Shown here one piece after another: positions 40,250 through 49,428 of a stretch of DNA of 64,000 nucleotides. The position numbers and the translations under genes are program-made. Origin of the DNA: a virus (taxonomy: Duplodnaviria; Caudoviricetes); IMG/VR virus record IMGVR_UViG_2909633642_000001, positions 1,559 through 65,558 of that record; one strand, given 5' to 3'. Below the pieces are notes generated by a model. The model did no database searches and was not told where the DNA came from. It saw only the letters and a list, made by a program, of their open reading frames with translations. How positions within the stretch are numbered: the first letter of the stretch is position 1; the number at the start of each line of letters is the position of its first letter.

Positions 40250-40320
40250 CCCCAACGAACCCGCCCAGCGCTCGAAACACTGGACGGGTTCTGACCACAA
40301 ACCTATATGGAGCAGGAGTC

Positions 40321-41016
40321 ATGGCTTCACCCAAGTTTATCACGCATCTGTTCGAAGGTGTCGGCGTTGAACAGCGGTCTACCGATGGGTACGTCAACGC
40401 GACCAAGTTGAGCAAGGCGTATTTGGCCAAGTCGGGCAAACAGCGCGAAATCAAGCAATGGCTTTTGAATAAAGACACTCAGGAGATCATCGAGCACGTT
40501 TCGGGGTTGGTTGGAATTCCAACCGACCGTCTGGTGGTCACGATCAAGACTGGCCCCAACGAACATCGAGGGACTTACTTGCACCCGCGCATCTCGGTTC
40601 GATTTGCTATGTGGCTTGACAAAGATTTCGGATTTTTCGTCGAGGAGCTTGTTCACGATTTCCTGATGGGACGCAGTGCTTACGCAGAAGCACGGGCCCA
40701 TGGCAAGATTTCGCGCGCGATTGAGACCCGCGCAATGCAGCAAGCCGGGTTTGGCGAGAAGCGTCACTTCATCAACATCACCCAAGCTGTCTACCTTGGA
40801 CTCTTTGGGTGCACCAAGTCCAAGCTGATGGAGATTCGCGGGCTGAACGATGAAGACAGCTTGCGAGACAGCATGACCGCTGAGGAGCTGACGATGATCG
40901 ACTTGCTTGAGCACCGAGTAGCGTCACTACTCAAGGCCGAGACATTCGACTCCTACAGCGTCCTGCATCAACGCATCAAAACCATGGCCGCACAGATGCG
41001 ATCCGCCCTGGCATAG
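40321..41016 (+). CDS. KilA-N domain protein
   Basis: QRS.DGYVNATKL.KA..K....W...K.T....GTY.HP.I...FAMWL. Confidence 0.9.
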   Translation: MASPKFITHLFEGVGVEQRSTDGYVNATKLSKAYLAKSGKQREIKQWLLNKDTQEIIEHVSGLVGIPTDRLVVTIKTGPNEHRGTYLHPRISVRFAMWLDKDFGFFVEELVHDFLMGRSAYAEARAHGKISRAIETRAMQQAGFGEKRHFINITQAVYLGLFGCTKSKLMEIRGLNDEDSLRDSMTAEELTMIDLLEHRVASLLKAETFDSYSVLHQRIKTMAAQMRSALA

Positions 41017-41098
41017 AAACAACGAGCCCGCCTGGAAATACCACGGCGGGTTCTGACTTGACCGCACTGAATCCCATAAATCAATTCCGTCCCGCCCC

Positions 41099-41127
41099 TT
41101 GACATTCCGATGCATACCGGATAGGCT
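41099..41127 (+). promoter_or_regulatory. Early promoter cassette
   Basis: TTGACA-TTCCGATGCATACCGGA(17)-TAGGCT. Confidence 0.75.
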
Positions 41128-41156
41128 GTATACATTCGAGCCTGGAGCCACCCATC

Positions 41157-41627
41157 ATGGACATCGCTAAAACCGCTCGCAAGATTCACCGTGCGTTGAT
41201 TCAGTGCCCAACCCTTGAGGGACAACCAACCCCGGATGCACTGGCTAATTTCGCCCTTACCCACGCCATCGCGATCGAATCCGCTATTGATCGTCTCTTG
41301 GCTGAACCCAGTGCGGCCGAGGGTAAGCCCGCCATCCCCTGTACCGTTCACCGTGCAATGCGACACCTTGATCCGGTGGATCCTGACACATGGCCAGAGC
41401 ACGGTGAGGATTGCCTGTACGCGATTTACGACCCGCTTTCGGAACCTGAAGACTTACCGACTTGGAAGATAGACCGCGGCCGCTGGCATAGCGACGATAA
41501 GCGCTGGTTTGGGATGCTGGGCGGCGGGGCTGCTACTGCTTTCATGCTTCGATCCGTTTACTGGTGCGCGGCTGAGTGGATGACGGCTGAAGAGTTTCAA
41601 TCCGCGCTGGAATTGACCAACCCGTAA
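41157..41627 (+). CDS. Hypothetical phage protein
   Basis: Promoter-proximal ORF; shares a DP.DPDTWP motif with the ORF at 33245. Confidence 0.65.
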   Translation: MDIAKTARKIHRALIQCPTLEGQPTPDALANFALTHAIAIESAIDRLLAEPSAAEGKPAIPCTVHRAMRHLDPVDPDTWPEHGEDCLYAIYDPLSEPEDLPTWKIDRGRWHSDDKRWFGMLGGGAATAFMLRSVYWCAAEWMTAEEFQSALELTNP

Positions 41628-41846
41628 TCCCCACCGGGCCGCCATGCCCGGTTTCAATTCACCCATGTCCAACACATCCCGCCCGCGAGCATAAAAAAAG
41701 GGAGGGGTTTTGCCCCTCCCGCGCCAGAGCGCAGTCTATTGTCTTGTCTATGATTTCCGCTAACAGCGTAACACTATTCAAACTACAACCGCAAGGATAT
41801 TTGAGATAAAATTTTAGGCAGTTAAAAACGGGCCCGCACAGCCCGC

Positions 41847-42620
41847 TTGAATATGGCCACTTTACTAGCCGAACGAATTGAAACCGAACTCCTGGATGCC
41901 CCGATCACAGTTTACCGGCTGATGGGCAAACAGCCGGGAGTTTCTGCTTTTTGGTTCCGCGTCCCTGGAGCCAAGACCAAACCCCTTTTCCGAATCAGGA
42001 CGGTCAATCGCCCCCGTGGCACGTTTGACCCGATCTCGATCACCGAAGTTCTACTCCTTTGGGCGCAAGACCCCACGAAAGCGGCTTTGATCGCGCACCT
42101 CAATGCAGTGGCCGCTGCTGATGACGTTCCCGCCGACATCGTGCTAGACCGGCTGCTGTCTCGGAAATTGGGGGTTCGATTCAGGGTTGACCTATCCCAA
42201 CTGCTACCAGATCAGCGGGCGTTTTTCCGTGAGCTACAGGCAACCTATGGAGACGCGGTGGCCGTCAACTACTACCTCACCAAACTCCAATATCGGCGGC
42301 TCCCGTCAAAATTCAGCGACTCCAAACGCCCCCAAGCTCTAATCAAGCGGATCGCCCCACCCCCGATGCGTTTCCCGGCATCCGAGTATCAAAAACTGAT
42401 TGCCGCTGCCGGCAAAATCAAGGCTCAAACTTTTGAGTCTGGCAACACGAAAGTTCCCCTTGAGGAATTTCTGTCCTGCTGTGTGAAGGCGATCACAGAA
42501 CAGCGCCCGTTTTGCGCGTTAGATCACCCACATAAGACTCGAATCAGCGAACGCTACCGCCGTTGGGTGAGTTCAGGTCGTTGGGATTGGGCCTGCGAAA
42601 TCGCGGGGATGCGAGCTTAA
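41847..42620 (+). CDS. Basic hypothetical protein, candidate iteron-binding protein
   Basis: 257 aa Arg/Lys-rich ORF with AAATTTTAGGCAG at 41809-41821 just upstream. Confidence 0.6.
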   Translation: MNMATLLAERIETELLDAPITVYRLMGKQPGVSAFWFRVPGAKTKPLFRIRTVNRPRGTFDPISITEVLLLWAQDPTKAALIAHLNAVAAADDVPADIVLDRLLSRKLGVRFRVDLSQLLPDQRAFFRELQATYGDAVAVNYYLTKLQYRRLPSKFSDSKRPQALIKRIAPPPMRFPASEYQKLIAAAGKIKAQTFESGNTKVPLEEFLSCCVKAITEQRPFCALDHPHKTRISERYRRWVSSGRWDWACEIAGMRA

Positions 42621-42651
42621 AAAAGCCGGGCCATGATGGCCCGGCTTTTTT
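42619..42651. terminator. Bidirectional intrinsic terminator
   Basis: A-run GCCGGGCCA..TGGCCCGGC T-run between convergent genes. Confidence 0.85.
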
Positions 42652-42976
42652 AAAACCCCAATTCCTTCAGCAGTCCGGGTAGGTCTTTTCGTAACCCGGC
42701 CGCAATTGCAGCCAACGTGGTCAAAGGGACTGATTCGGCGTTTAGGGTTTCGATTCTGGTTAGGTTGACCTCTGTGAGGTGCAGCCCAGACTCAGCGGCC
42801 CGCTCGCAAACCACACGGCGCGGGGTAAATTCACGGATTCGGGCCAGACGGCGGCCGCGCTCTGGCGACCAGGCAAGGGCATGTACTTGATCGAGTTTGA
42901 TTCGGGTCATGGTGGGTGACGGGGATAGAGCCAACATATTTTTGATCGGATTAGATTTAGCGGGGCTGATAGCCAA
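42650..42976 (-). CDS. XRE-like HTH protein
   Basis: GRRLARIR.....R..V.E.....L....L.RIE....VPL.TL.AIA.GL pattern. Confidence 0.65.
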   Translation of the reverse strand: MAISPAKSNPIKNMLALSPSPTMTRIKLDQVHALAWSPERGRRLARIREFTPRRVVCERAAESGLHLTEVNLTRIETLNAESVPLTTLAAIAAGLRKDLPGLLKELGF

Positions 42977-43093
42977 CAGCGATTCGTTAGCCAGTTCACC
43001 TTACCGGGACTGGGGGCTGCTTGTCTAGTTTAACTATTGCTCCTTTTATAGTTTGGCTATAAAATTAAATTCATCGGGAATCAAGAAAAGCTC

Positions 43094-43122
43094 TTGACAT
43101 TCCGATGGATACAAACTATATT
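43094..43122 (+). promoter_or_regulatory. Early promoter cassette
   Basis: TTGACA-TTCCGATGGATACAAAC(17)-TATATT. Confidence 0.85.
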
Positions 43123-43148
43123 GGATTCATCGAGTTCGAGATTCACCC

Positions 43149-44739
43149 ATGACCACCGCAGTCTTCAACCCCGTTGCTCAACAGTTCTACCCCGCTGATC
43201 CGATTGAGTTGACCGACCTTCAGGCTGAGTTGATTGAGGCGATTGAGTCCCTGGAAAAGATTGACCTTCATCCTGGATGGGAGGGGGGCAATGTCGCTTC
43301 GGTTGCGGCCGAACTGAATCGGATTCAGTCAGTGCTGGATCAAGGTTCGTATGAGTTGCTTGATCTCGGATACAGCTACCCGGCTTTGTACAAGGAGATT
43401 CGCTCGCATCTCGAACCGATTGAGATCACGGACGTTGACCCTGATGGGCGGGTGATCGTGGTGGGCTATCAAGACCCGTATTTCGAGTCTGATTCCGAAT
43501 CTGATTCCGAATCTGAATTTGACGAGTTCTAAACCTTATCGCCCCGGTTCAACCGGGGTTTGGAGATTGATCATGGGATTCTTTTGGGGCAAACACTTCG
43601 ACCATTCATCTGATGTTCGCGACATTGATGGCAAAGACACCGTTCTTTACACGCTGGAAGATGGCGCACACGCCATGGGGACTAAGGAGCGGCTGTCGTT
43701 CAACTGGACGCGCCCCGATGGCAAGCCGTCTAAGTACGCCAAAGACGACAAGCAACGCGCCGAATGCGTCGATGAAATGACCAAGCGCTGGGAAGAAGAC
43801 CGGCAACACCTGTAAACCCCTATCGCCCCGGTTCAACCGGGGTTCAAGCCATGTTCGACAAGCACCGCACGAAAGATGGGCATGAAATCCTGATTGCCCA
43901 GATGTCTGACTCTCACCTAACGAACACGATTCGGATGCTGTGCGCTCGACTAAAGCAAGCGCGACTCTACACCGAACAGCCTCAGTCGATCCTCTATGAG
44001 GCGCTGGGCGTTTCTCCTGAAGGCTGGAATCGGGATGATGCACTCGATGTGATCCGCTGGGTTCACGAAAAGCTGCCTGCCTACGTCACAGAAGCCACGT
44101 TGCGAGGTTTGGTTGTGACCGACCACTTGCAAGACGCTTATGGGCGGATCACTCAAATCCAGCCACCTCAATTCCCGCGCCCGGCTGGTCAGCTTAAAGG
44201 GTTGCTTAATCCTTACAGCACCGATGGGCTTGAGGATGCCGACTTTGATGAACCCTAGGAGAACACCATGGCCACCGCCATTTTTTGGAATCTCATCACC
44301 TGGATCGATGCGACCGATACGATCCGCAAAACCACCGCCGACACCACCGGCCGCCCTTTGAGTCGAGATGAAGCGGAATCGTTTATCGAACACGGGGGGC
44401 GTGTTGATCGCGTTGAGTTTGGATTCCTGTAACAAAAAAGGGCTGGCAAAAAACCAGCCCCCATCTATCGAGTTCGGAGACGACCACCCAAGGCCATACA
44501 CCGATTGTGGATATTTTAACGCCATGAAGCATTACGAAGCCCGAATCGAGTACACCATCACCGACACCGAAGGCGTGATCGAATGGACTCAAAAATCAAC
44601 TGCCTACTTTCATGACCGCCAAAACCCGCCCGATGATCGGGATATTCGCCGCGTGATAGCCCAACAAGAGCCGGACGGAATTGAGGGGCATTTTGCTTAC
44701 GTGGTCACAGAAGTCCGCAAGCCGTGGTGGAAGCGCTAA
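43149..44739 (+). CDS. Short early genes (43149-43532, 43573-43815, 43851-44258, 44524-44739)
   Basis: Consecutive ORFs separated by a repeated 24-nt hairpin and ending at a terminator. Confidence 0.65.
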
Positions 44740-44747
44740 CCACACAA

Positions 44748-44769
44748 GCCGGGTAAAGCCCGGTTTTTT
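44748..44769 (+). terminator. Intrinsic terminator
   Basis: CCGGG/CCCGG stem followed by T6. Confidence 0.75.
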
Positions 44770-44849
44770 CATGTCCAAATTCCATATTTTGACTATTGAC
44801 GTTTTTATAGTTGAAGTATTAAAATAATTACATCGAACATCACCCCGCG

Positions 44850-45509
44850 ATGGGGGTTGAACTGATGGCTTTGAATGGATTAATTGCTCCTGTTGACGGT
44901 ATTTTTCTCCCTGGATCAGGCCCGTTCGCGACTCGATTTAATTGCGCTTCCGGCTACTTGGCCTTGGATGAACGCAGTTTTATTGCCTCTGAAGGCAAGG
45001 TCGTGATCCTGCATTACGATGACCACTTTGGGAATCTCGGCAAAACGGAACGCGAGTTTTGGACTCGGATTGTGTTTATCCCGACCGCTGCATTGGTGGC
45101 AGATTCCAAGGGCAAAATCCCTGCCAACACGGTCTGCGAAGCGTTTTTGAAAGGCAAGAGCCGGACGGTGTTTCAGCAGGCGGCCGTCATCGCCACCCAA
45201 AAGTTCAAGAAAGGATTGGCTCAACTGATTTGCGAGTTCAAGTCCGTGGCTGAAAAGAACGAAAAGGGTAACTACGCATCGTTTGCCTTTGAGTTTTCGG
45301 AGCCTGAAAAGTCCGATGCGTCCTTCATGAGTGAGGTTCTGGCGTTTGCTCAAAGCGTCGATCCTGACGCGGTGCAATCGTTCAAGGCTCCGGGCTTGAT
45401 TCCGTTGGACAGTATCCCCTCGGATGAACTGGCCCTGTTGAAATCCCATCACGCCAGTGCCGTCACGTCCGAACCGATGGCGCAACTGCCCGCCCTGAAC
45501 GCCGCCTAA
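44850..45509 (+). CDS. Putative ssDNA-binding/recombination protein
   Basis: Aromatic beta-rich ORF near the exonuclease; function inferred. Confidence 0.4.
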   Translation: MGVELMALNGLIAPVDGIFLPGSGPFATRFNCASGYLALDERSFIASEGKVVILHYDDHFGNLGKTEREFWTRIVFIPTAALVADSKGKIPANTVCEAFLKGKSRTVFQQAAVIATQKFKKGLAQLICEFKSVAEKNEKGNYASFAFEFSEPEKSDASFMSEVLAFAQSVDPDAVQSFKAPGLIPLDSIPSDELALLKSHHASAVTSEPMAQLPALNAA

Positions 45510-45520
45510 TCCACCTTGCC

Positions 45521-45547
45521 CGGGCCGGTCATCACCGGCCCGTTTTT
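45521..45547 (+). terminator. Intrinsic terminator
   Basis: CGGGCCGGT/ACCGGCCCG stem followed by a T-run. Confidence 0.75.
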
Positions 45548-45550
45548 GTC

Positions 45551-46390
45551 ATGAAAACGGTGACAAGCATCTCGGGTGGACGATCTAGTGCATACATGGC
45601 GCTGCATTATCCAACCGATTATTACGTGTTTGCAGTGGTCTTAACTGATCATCAACCGTCAACGCCAAAAGACCCAGGGCTGTTGCGCGAATGTCGGTCT
45701 AGAATCCCTCACTTCACCGCCTCCCATGAAGCGGATTTGACCTTGCTCAATGTGCTGCGGTTAGAGCAAGAAATCGGACAAGAAATTAAATGGGTTGCGG
45801 CTGAATATTCACTGGATCAGTTCATTTTGGGTGCGACCCAAAACCCTGGATATCGAGCGGGCGCGGTGATGCTGCCCAATTCACGCACTCGATTTTGTAC
45901 TGTTGAGCAAAAGCTAAAGCCAATGTTTTGGCATTGCTTTAACAACGTCTATGACGGGGAACCGATGTTGATGAATATCGGATTTCGCTGGGATGAGCCA
46001 GATCGAGTAGATGGGTGGACGTGCGACAAAGATAAATTCGATTACCCGTCTTCATGCATCATCAAAACCCGCCGCCAACAGTATCGAAACATTGAATGGA
46101 GGATTGGCAACTTCCCTTTATACCAAGACCGAATCACCCGTGATCAAGTCAATCGATTCTGGGTGCAAAAAGGTTGGCAGTTTCCCGAGATTTCTAACTG
46201 TCGATTCTGTTTCCATCATCGCCCAATCGAGCAGCAGCGCCAGGCGGAATTGGAGCCTGCAAATCTTCAGTGGTGGCTTGATATGGAGCGAGTGACTGGC
46301 AACCGATTTGGCAAACACTCATTGCAAGACATCATCTCTCAGGCACTTCTAGACGTTTTCGACCACAAGCCCTGTCATTGCACGGATTAA
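45551..46390 (+). CDS. PAPS-reductase-like (adenine nucleotide alpha-hydrolase) protein
   Basis: SISGGRSSAYM PP-loop; RFCT..K; NC.FCF; terminal CHC. Confidence 0.8.
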   Translation: MKTVTSISGGRSSAYMALHYPTDYYVFAVVLTDHQPSTPKDPGLLRECRSRIPHFTASHEADLTLLNVLRLEQEIGQEIKWVAAEYSLDQFILGATQNPGYRAGAVMLPNSRTRFCTVEQKLKPMFWHCFNNVYDGEPMLMNIGFRWDEPDRVDGWTCDKDKFDYPSSCIIKTRRQQYRNIEWRIGNFPLYQDRITRDQVNRFWVQKGWQFPEISNCRFCFHHRPIEQQRQAELEPANLQWWLDMERVTGNRFGKHSLQDIISQALLDVFDHKPCHCTD

Positions 46391-46392
46391 TC

Positions 46393-47211
46393 ATGACTAC
46401 CCTCGCAATCCCCAAGATCACACCCCTTGAGTTTTCAGGTGGCAAGGGGCAACCTTACCTCACCCCCATGGGTGCATTGCCATCGGTCACGACCATCCTG
46501 CGCGAGACCGCTTCGGAAGAGACTCGGATGAAGTTGGCAAAGTGGGCCAAGTCCAAGCGGTCGGGCATCGATCCCGCCGAACGGGGCACAATGGTTCACA
46601 GCGCCATCGAGGCCCTGTTGAAAGGTGAACCCGCACAATTGCCCCAATCCCTTTGGGGGTTCTATGAATCAGTGTTGCCCATCCTGAAAGGCATCACCCA
46701 TGTGGCATCCGAGATTTGCTGCTACCACCCTGACGGATACGCGGGCCGCGCTGACTGCCTGGCCCTGGTGGATGGTGAGCTAACCCTGCTTGACTGGAAA
46801 ACCACAACCAAGCCGTTTTTGCACGGGTCGGTTGATGAGTATCTGGATGAAATCCAGAATTGGGACAATCGGATTGCAGAAGCTCGACAGCAAGAGCGCG
46901 ATCACGTCCTGTCAGCGGCGGCCGCGGCCAGGCTGATTCGCAAAATCCAGGGGCATCGCTCGCGGGTCACGTCTGACCTGGAGCGACGCACCGACTACCT
47001 GATGCAGTTGGCCGCATACGCCCGCGCTCTCGAACACACCTACGGGTTGGCTATTGACCGGGCGCAAATTGTGCTAATTCTGCCCGACCAGCCCGCGATG
47101 GTTGTGATGATGAAACACGGCTCGATTCGGTTGATGTTCGAGCAATTCCGTGAGCGGTTAGACAGCTACGCAATCCAGGCGCTCCGAAAAGGGGGTGACT
47201 CCCATGAATGA
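46393..47211 (+). CDS. PD-(D/E)XK exonuclease
   Basis: LPSVTTIL, RGT.VH..IE, YAG..D......LLDWKT, QLAAYA motifs. Confidence 0.88.
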   Translation: MTTLAIPKITPLEFSGGKGQPYLTPMGALPSVTTILRETASEETRMKLAKWAKSKRSGIDPAERGTMVHSAIEALLKGEPAQLPQSLWGFYESVLPILKGITHVASEICCYHPDGYAGRADCLALVDGELTLLDWKTTTKPFLHGSVDEYLDEIQNWDNRIAEARQQERDHVLSAAAAARLIRKIQGHRSRVTSDLERRTDYLMQLAAYARALEHTYGLAIDRAQIVLILPDQPAMVVMMKHGSIRLMFEQFRERLDSYAIQALRKGGDSHE

Positions 47212-48219
47212 AATCGACATTGATTTGGATCAAATCGAGTTCGCCGTGAGGTTTATCCGTCGCGTTTGTCAAGACCCCAAAATAGCTGCTGAATCGCGGG
47301 CGGCCGCGCTGAAATCGGCAGATGAAATCCAAAAGCTTGCGAACGGATTGCGAGCGTCAATGACCTTTGGGGGTCTGTGATGAAATACAAGGAATGGATT
47401 CGCCCAGCAGTTGTCAATCCCTTATCCCGGGCCAAAGTATACGGCGCTGACGCGAGGGGAATTGATGTGATTCCGAAGTCCGATCCTCGCCGGGTAGACC
47501 CGAAAAACCCAAAGATTGGATCCCGTGTTTTTCGAGCTTTTTCGGAAGCCGAAAGAATCTGGCTAACCAATCAACACGGCGCTCAATATTTTGACCAGTG
47601 GAAAGGTGTTTTGCTGTCCATCATTGACGGAGCTGGAACGTCTAAATATTGCGTTGTCAAATGCGACAACGGCACAATTCGCGAGATGAGATCAACTGGA
47701 ATGAAATACGAGGTGAGTTGTGATGTTGATTGAATTGATTGCCGGTTGGGTGATCGCAAATATGCGCGGCCCTCAAAATCAAGACTTGGTTCCTTGGGGT
47801 GAAATCGAAGGGGTTTACGATCAGTCACGCGAAGTATTTTTTGACAATTACCAAATCGGATTCTTCCAATCCGTCCGCTGGGCATATTGGCGGCTGATTG
47901 ATCATGCGATGCTTGGCTGGTCATGGATGGCAAACCTTGAAGACGATGGAGTGGAATCATGACCCTGATCAATCTTTTTTGGGGCTGGGTTTATGCCAAT
48001 GTCCATGGACTTCAAAACCAAGATTTTGTCCCATGGGGGGATCGTCAATTCGCCTACGACTATGCCGGTTGTCGATCAATCAATCGGGATGGGGCCAGCT
48101 TCCCCGAATTGGTTCGTTGGGTGGTTTGCTGCATGAAAGAACACGCGATCACGGGCTGGCATTATGCGGCCGTGATCGAGATTGCTGAGAATTGGGAGGA
48201 TGGAACGCATCTCATCTAA
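47195..48219 (+). CDS. Four short genes (47195-47380, 47377-47733, 47720-47962, 47959-48219)
   Basis: Translationally coupled ORFs; the last two are paralogous. Confidence 0.65.
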
Positions 48220-48497
48220 TCCGCCCAAACCGATGGTGAGCCATCCCGATTCCGAGACCCGCAACTGATCGAATCGCCAATCCTTGCCCAAGCCCGGCCG
48301 TTCACGAACACGGTCGGGCTTCCGTTTGCCTGGGTTCCTGAGTGGCAATCGGTGCAACAGTGAACAGCCCACCCATCTTCCACACGCACCGCGCCCAACC
48401 CCTCAGCGAACACATCCTCAGACCATGACGCGGGCGGCCGTGGCGGCCAGCATCCGTGCCCGGTGCAAAGGTCAGTCTCTCTCACGACACGGGGCAT
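48216..48497 (-). CDS. PAAR domain spike-tip protein
   Basis: VR..D.CTGHGC.PP...S.DVF.EG..AVR..D....H....GSPTVFVNG...ARIGD..SCGS. Confidence 0.92.
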   Translation of the reverse strand: MPRVVRETDLCTGHGCWPPRPPASWSEDVFAEGLGAVRVEDGWAVHCCTDCHSGTQANGSPTVFVNGRAWARIGDSISCGSRNRDGSPSVWAD

Positions 48498-48574
48498 TTG
48501 CGGTTCATCCTCATATAATTAAAAGGTCATGGAATTGATTTCTTGGATCCCGCCCTGTGCGGGATTTTTGTTGC

Positions 48575-49144
48575 CTATCCCCAATCGATTTGCTCATCAC
48601 GGGCTTCGGCGGCGGATGGCTCCGATGGGTTGAAGTCGATGCGTGGGGCCCTGATGGTCACGTTCTCCCCAGCGATCATCACCGTCCCCTCAGACCGGAT
48701 CGACACGTGAGCGCCATCGCCCTTGACCGTCAGGGACAGGTGGTGTGACTCGGAATCGTAGACCACGGCTGATCCATCGGGGAACACCACGTAATGTTTG
48801 TGCCCATCGGTCTTATCCCCTGTCGGCTTGATCGCGTCCGGCTCCTGTGGCGGCGGCTCTGCCTCAGTCCAGAGCGCACCCAACCAGACACCACGCTCAC
48901 CCGCTTCATCGATAGCGGCCGCTCCGAATGTGCCGATCGATGGCAGCGCGTATGATTGGCGACGGTCGGCCCCCTGTCCAGTCACGAGGCATGGCAGCCA
49001 GGGCGAAACGACACCATCTCTATCGGCTTGGGTGATCCGCACACGGCAAAGTTTGGGGTCGATCTCACTCACCACGCCATAGGCCAGTGTGGTGCGACCG
49101 GCTTCAGGACTGGCTGCTCTCTGCTGGGTTTTGGTCTTAGGCAC
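48575..49144 (-). CDS. Baseplate spike, P2 gpV-like
   Basis: G.V..ID....RVR....D..S.WL......Y.LP.IG....G..LG..W...F.DG..V.YD. Confidence 0.92.
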   Translation of the reverse strand: MPKTKTQQRAASPEAGRTTLAYGVVSEIDPKLCRVRITQADRDGVVSPWLPCLVTGQGADRRQSYALPSIGTFGAAAIDEAGERGVWLGALWTEAEPPPQEPDAIKPTGDKTDGHKHYVVFPDGSAVVYDSESHHLSLTVKGDGAHVSIRSEGTVMIAGENVTIRAPRIDFNPSEPSAAEARDEQIDWG

Positions 49145-49263
49145 TTGACAGATCGGGTAGGGGATGCCACCATCTTAGCTGTACCCCTTGGCGGGGGTTG
49201 CACAGCACCCGTAAGGCGTTATCGCATCCATCCCTCAGATTGCCGTTAGGCGTTAAATATTCC

Positions 49264-49299
49264 GAACCGCGTCCCGCTCTCTCCAGTGGGACGCGGTTC
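49264..49299. other. Perfect 12-bp GC-rich hairpin
   Basis: GAACCGCGTCCC-N12-GGGACGCGGTTC. Confidence 0.85.
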
Positions 49300-49321
49300 T
49301 GCTTTGGGCTATCATGTCAAC

Positions 49322-49424
49322 AGCACGGTAGAGCAGCCAGGTAGCTCGTGAGACCCATAGCCCCGTATAGTGAACAACTTTAGGGTAGGGCCGCAAGGCG
49401 ATGGTTCGATTCCATCCCGTGCCA
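49322..49424 (+). ncRNA. Initiator-tRNA-like RNA with elongated anticodon arm
   Basis: Acceptor (A)GCACGG/CCGTGC(C)+A; D arm GAGC-AGCCAGGTA-GCTC; T arm GATGG-TTCGATT-CCATC; CAT at canonical 34-36; about 29 nt longer than a normal tRNA. Confidence 0.75.
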
Positions 49425-49428
49425 TTCA

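Noticed and set aside
25526-43122. CRISPR array from recurrent repeats
   Set aside because: Repeats are irregularly spaced, on both strands and contain promoters; no spacer periodicity and no cas genes.
49322-49424. Normal tRNA-Met with a group I or BHB intron
   Set aside because: The extra ~29 nt is far too short for a group I intron, no clean bulge-helix-bulge forms, and removing it does not restore a well-paired anticodon stem.
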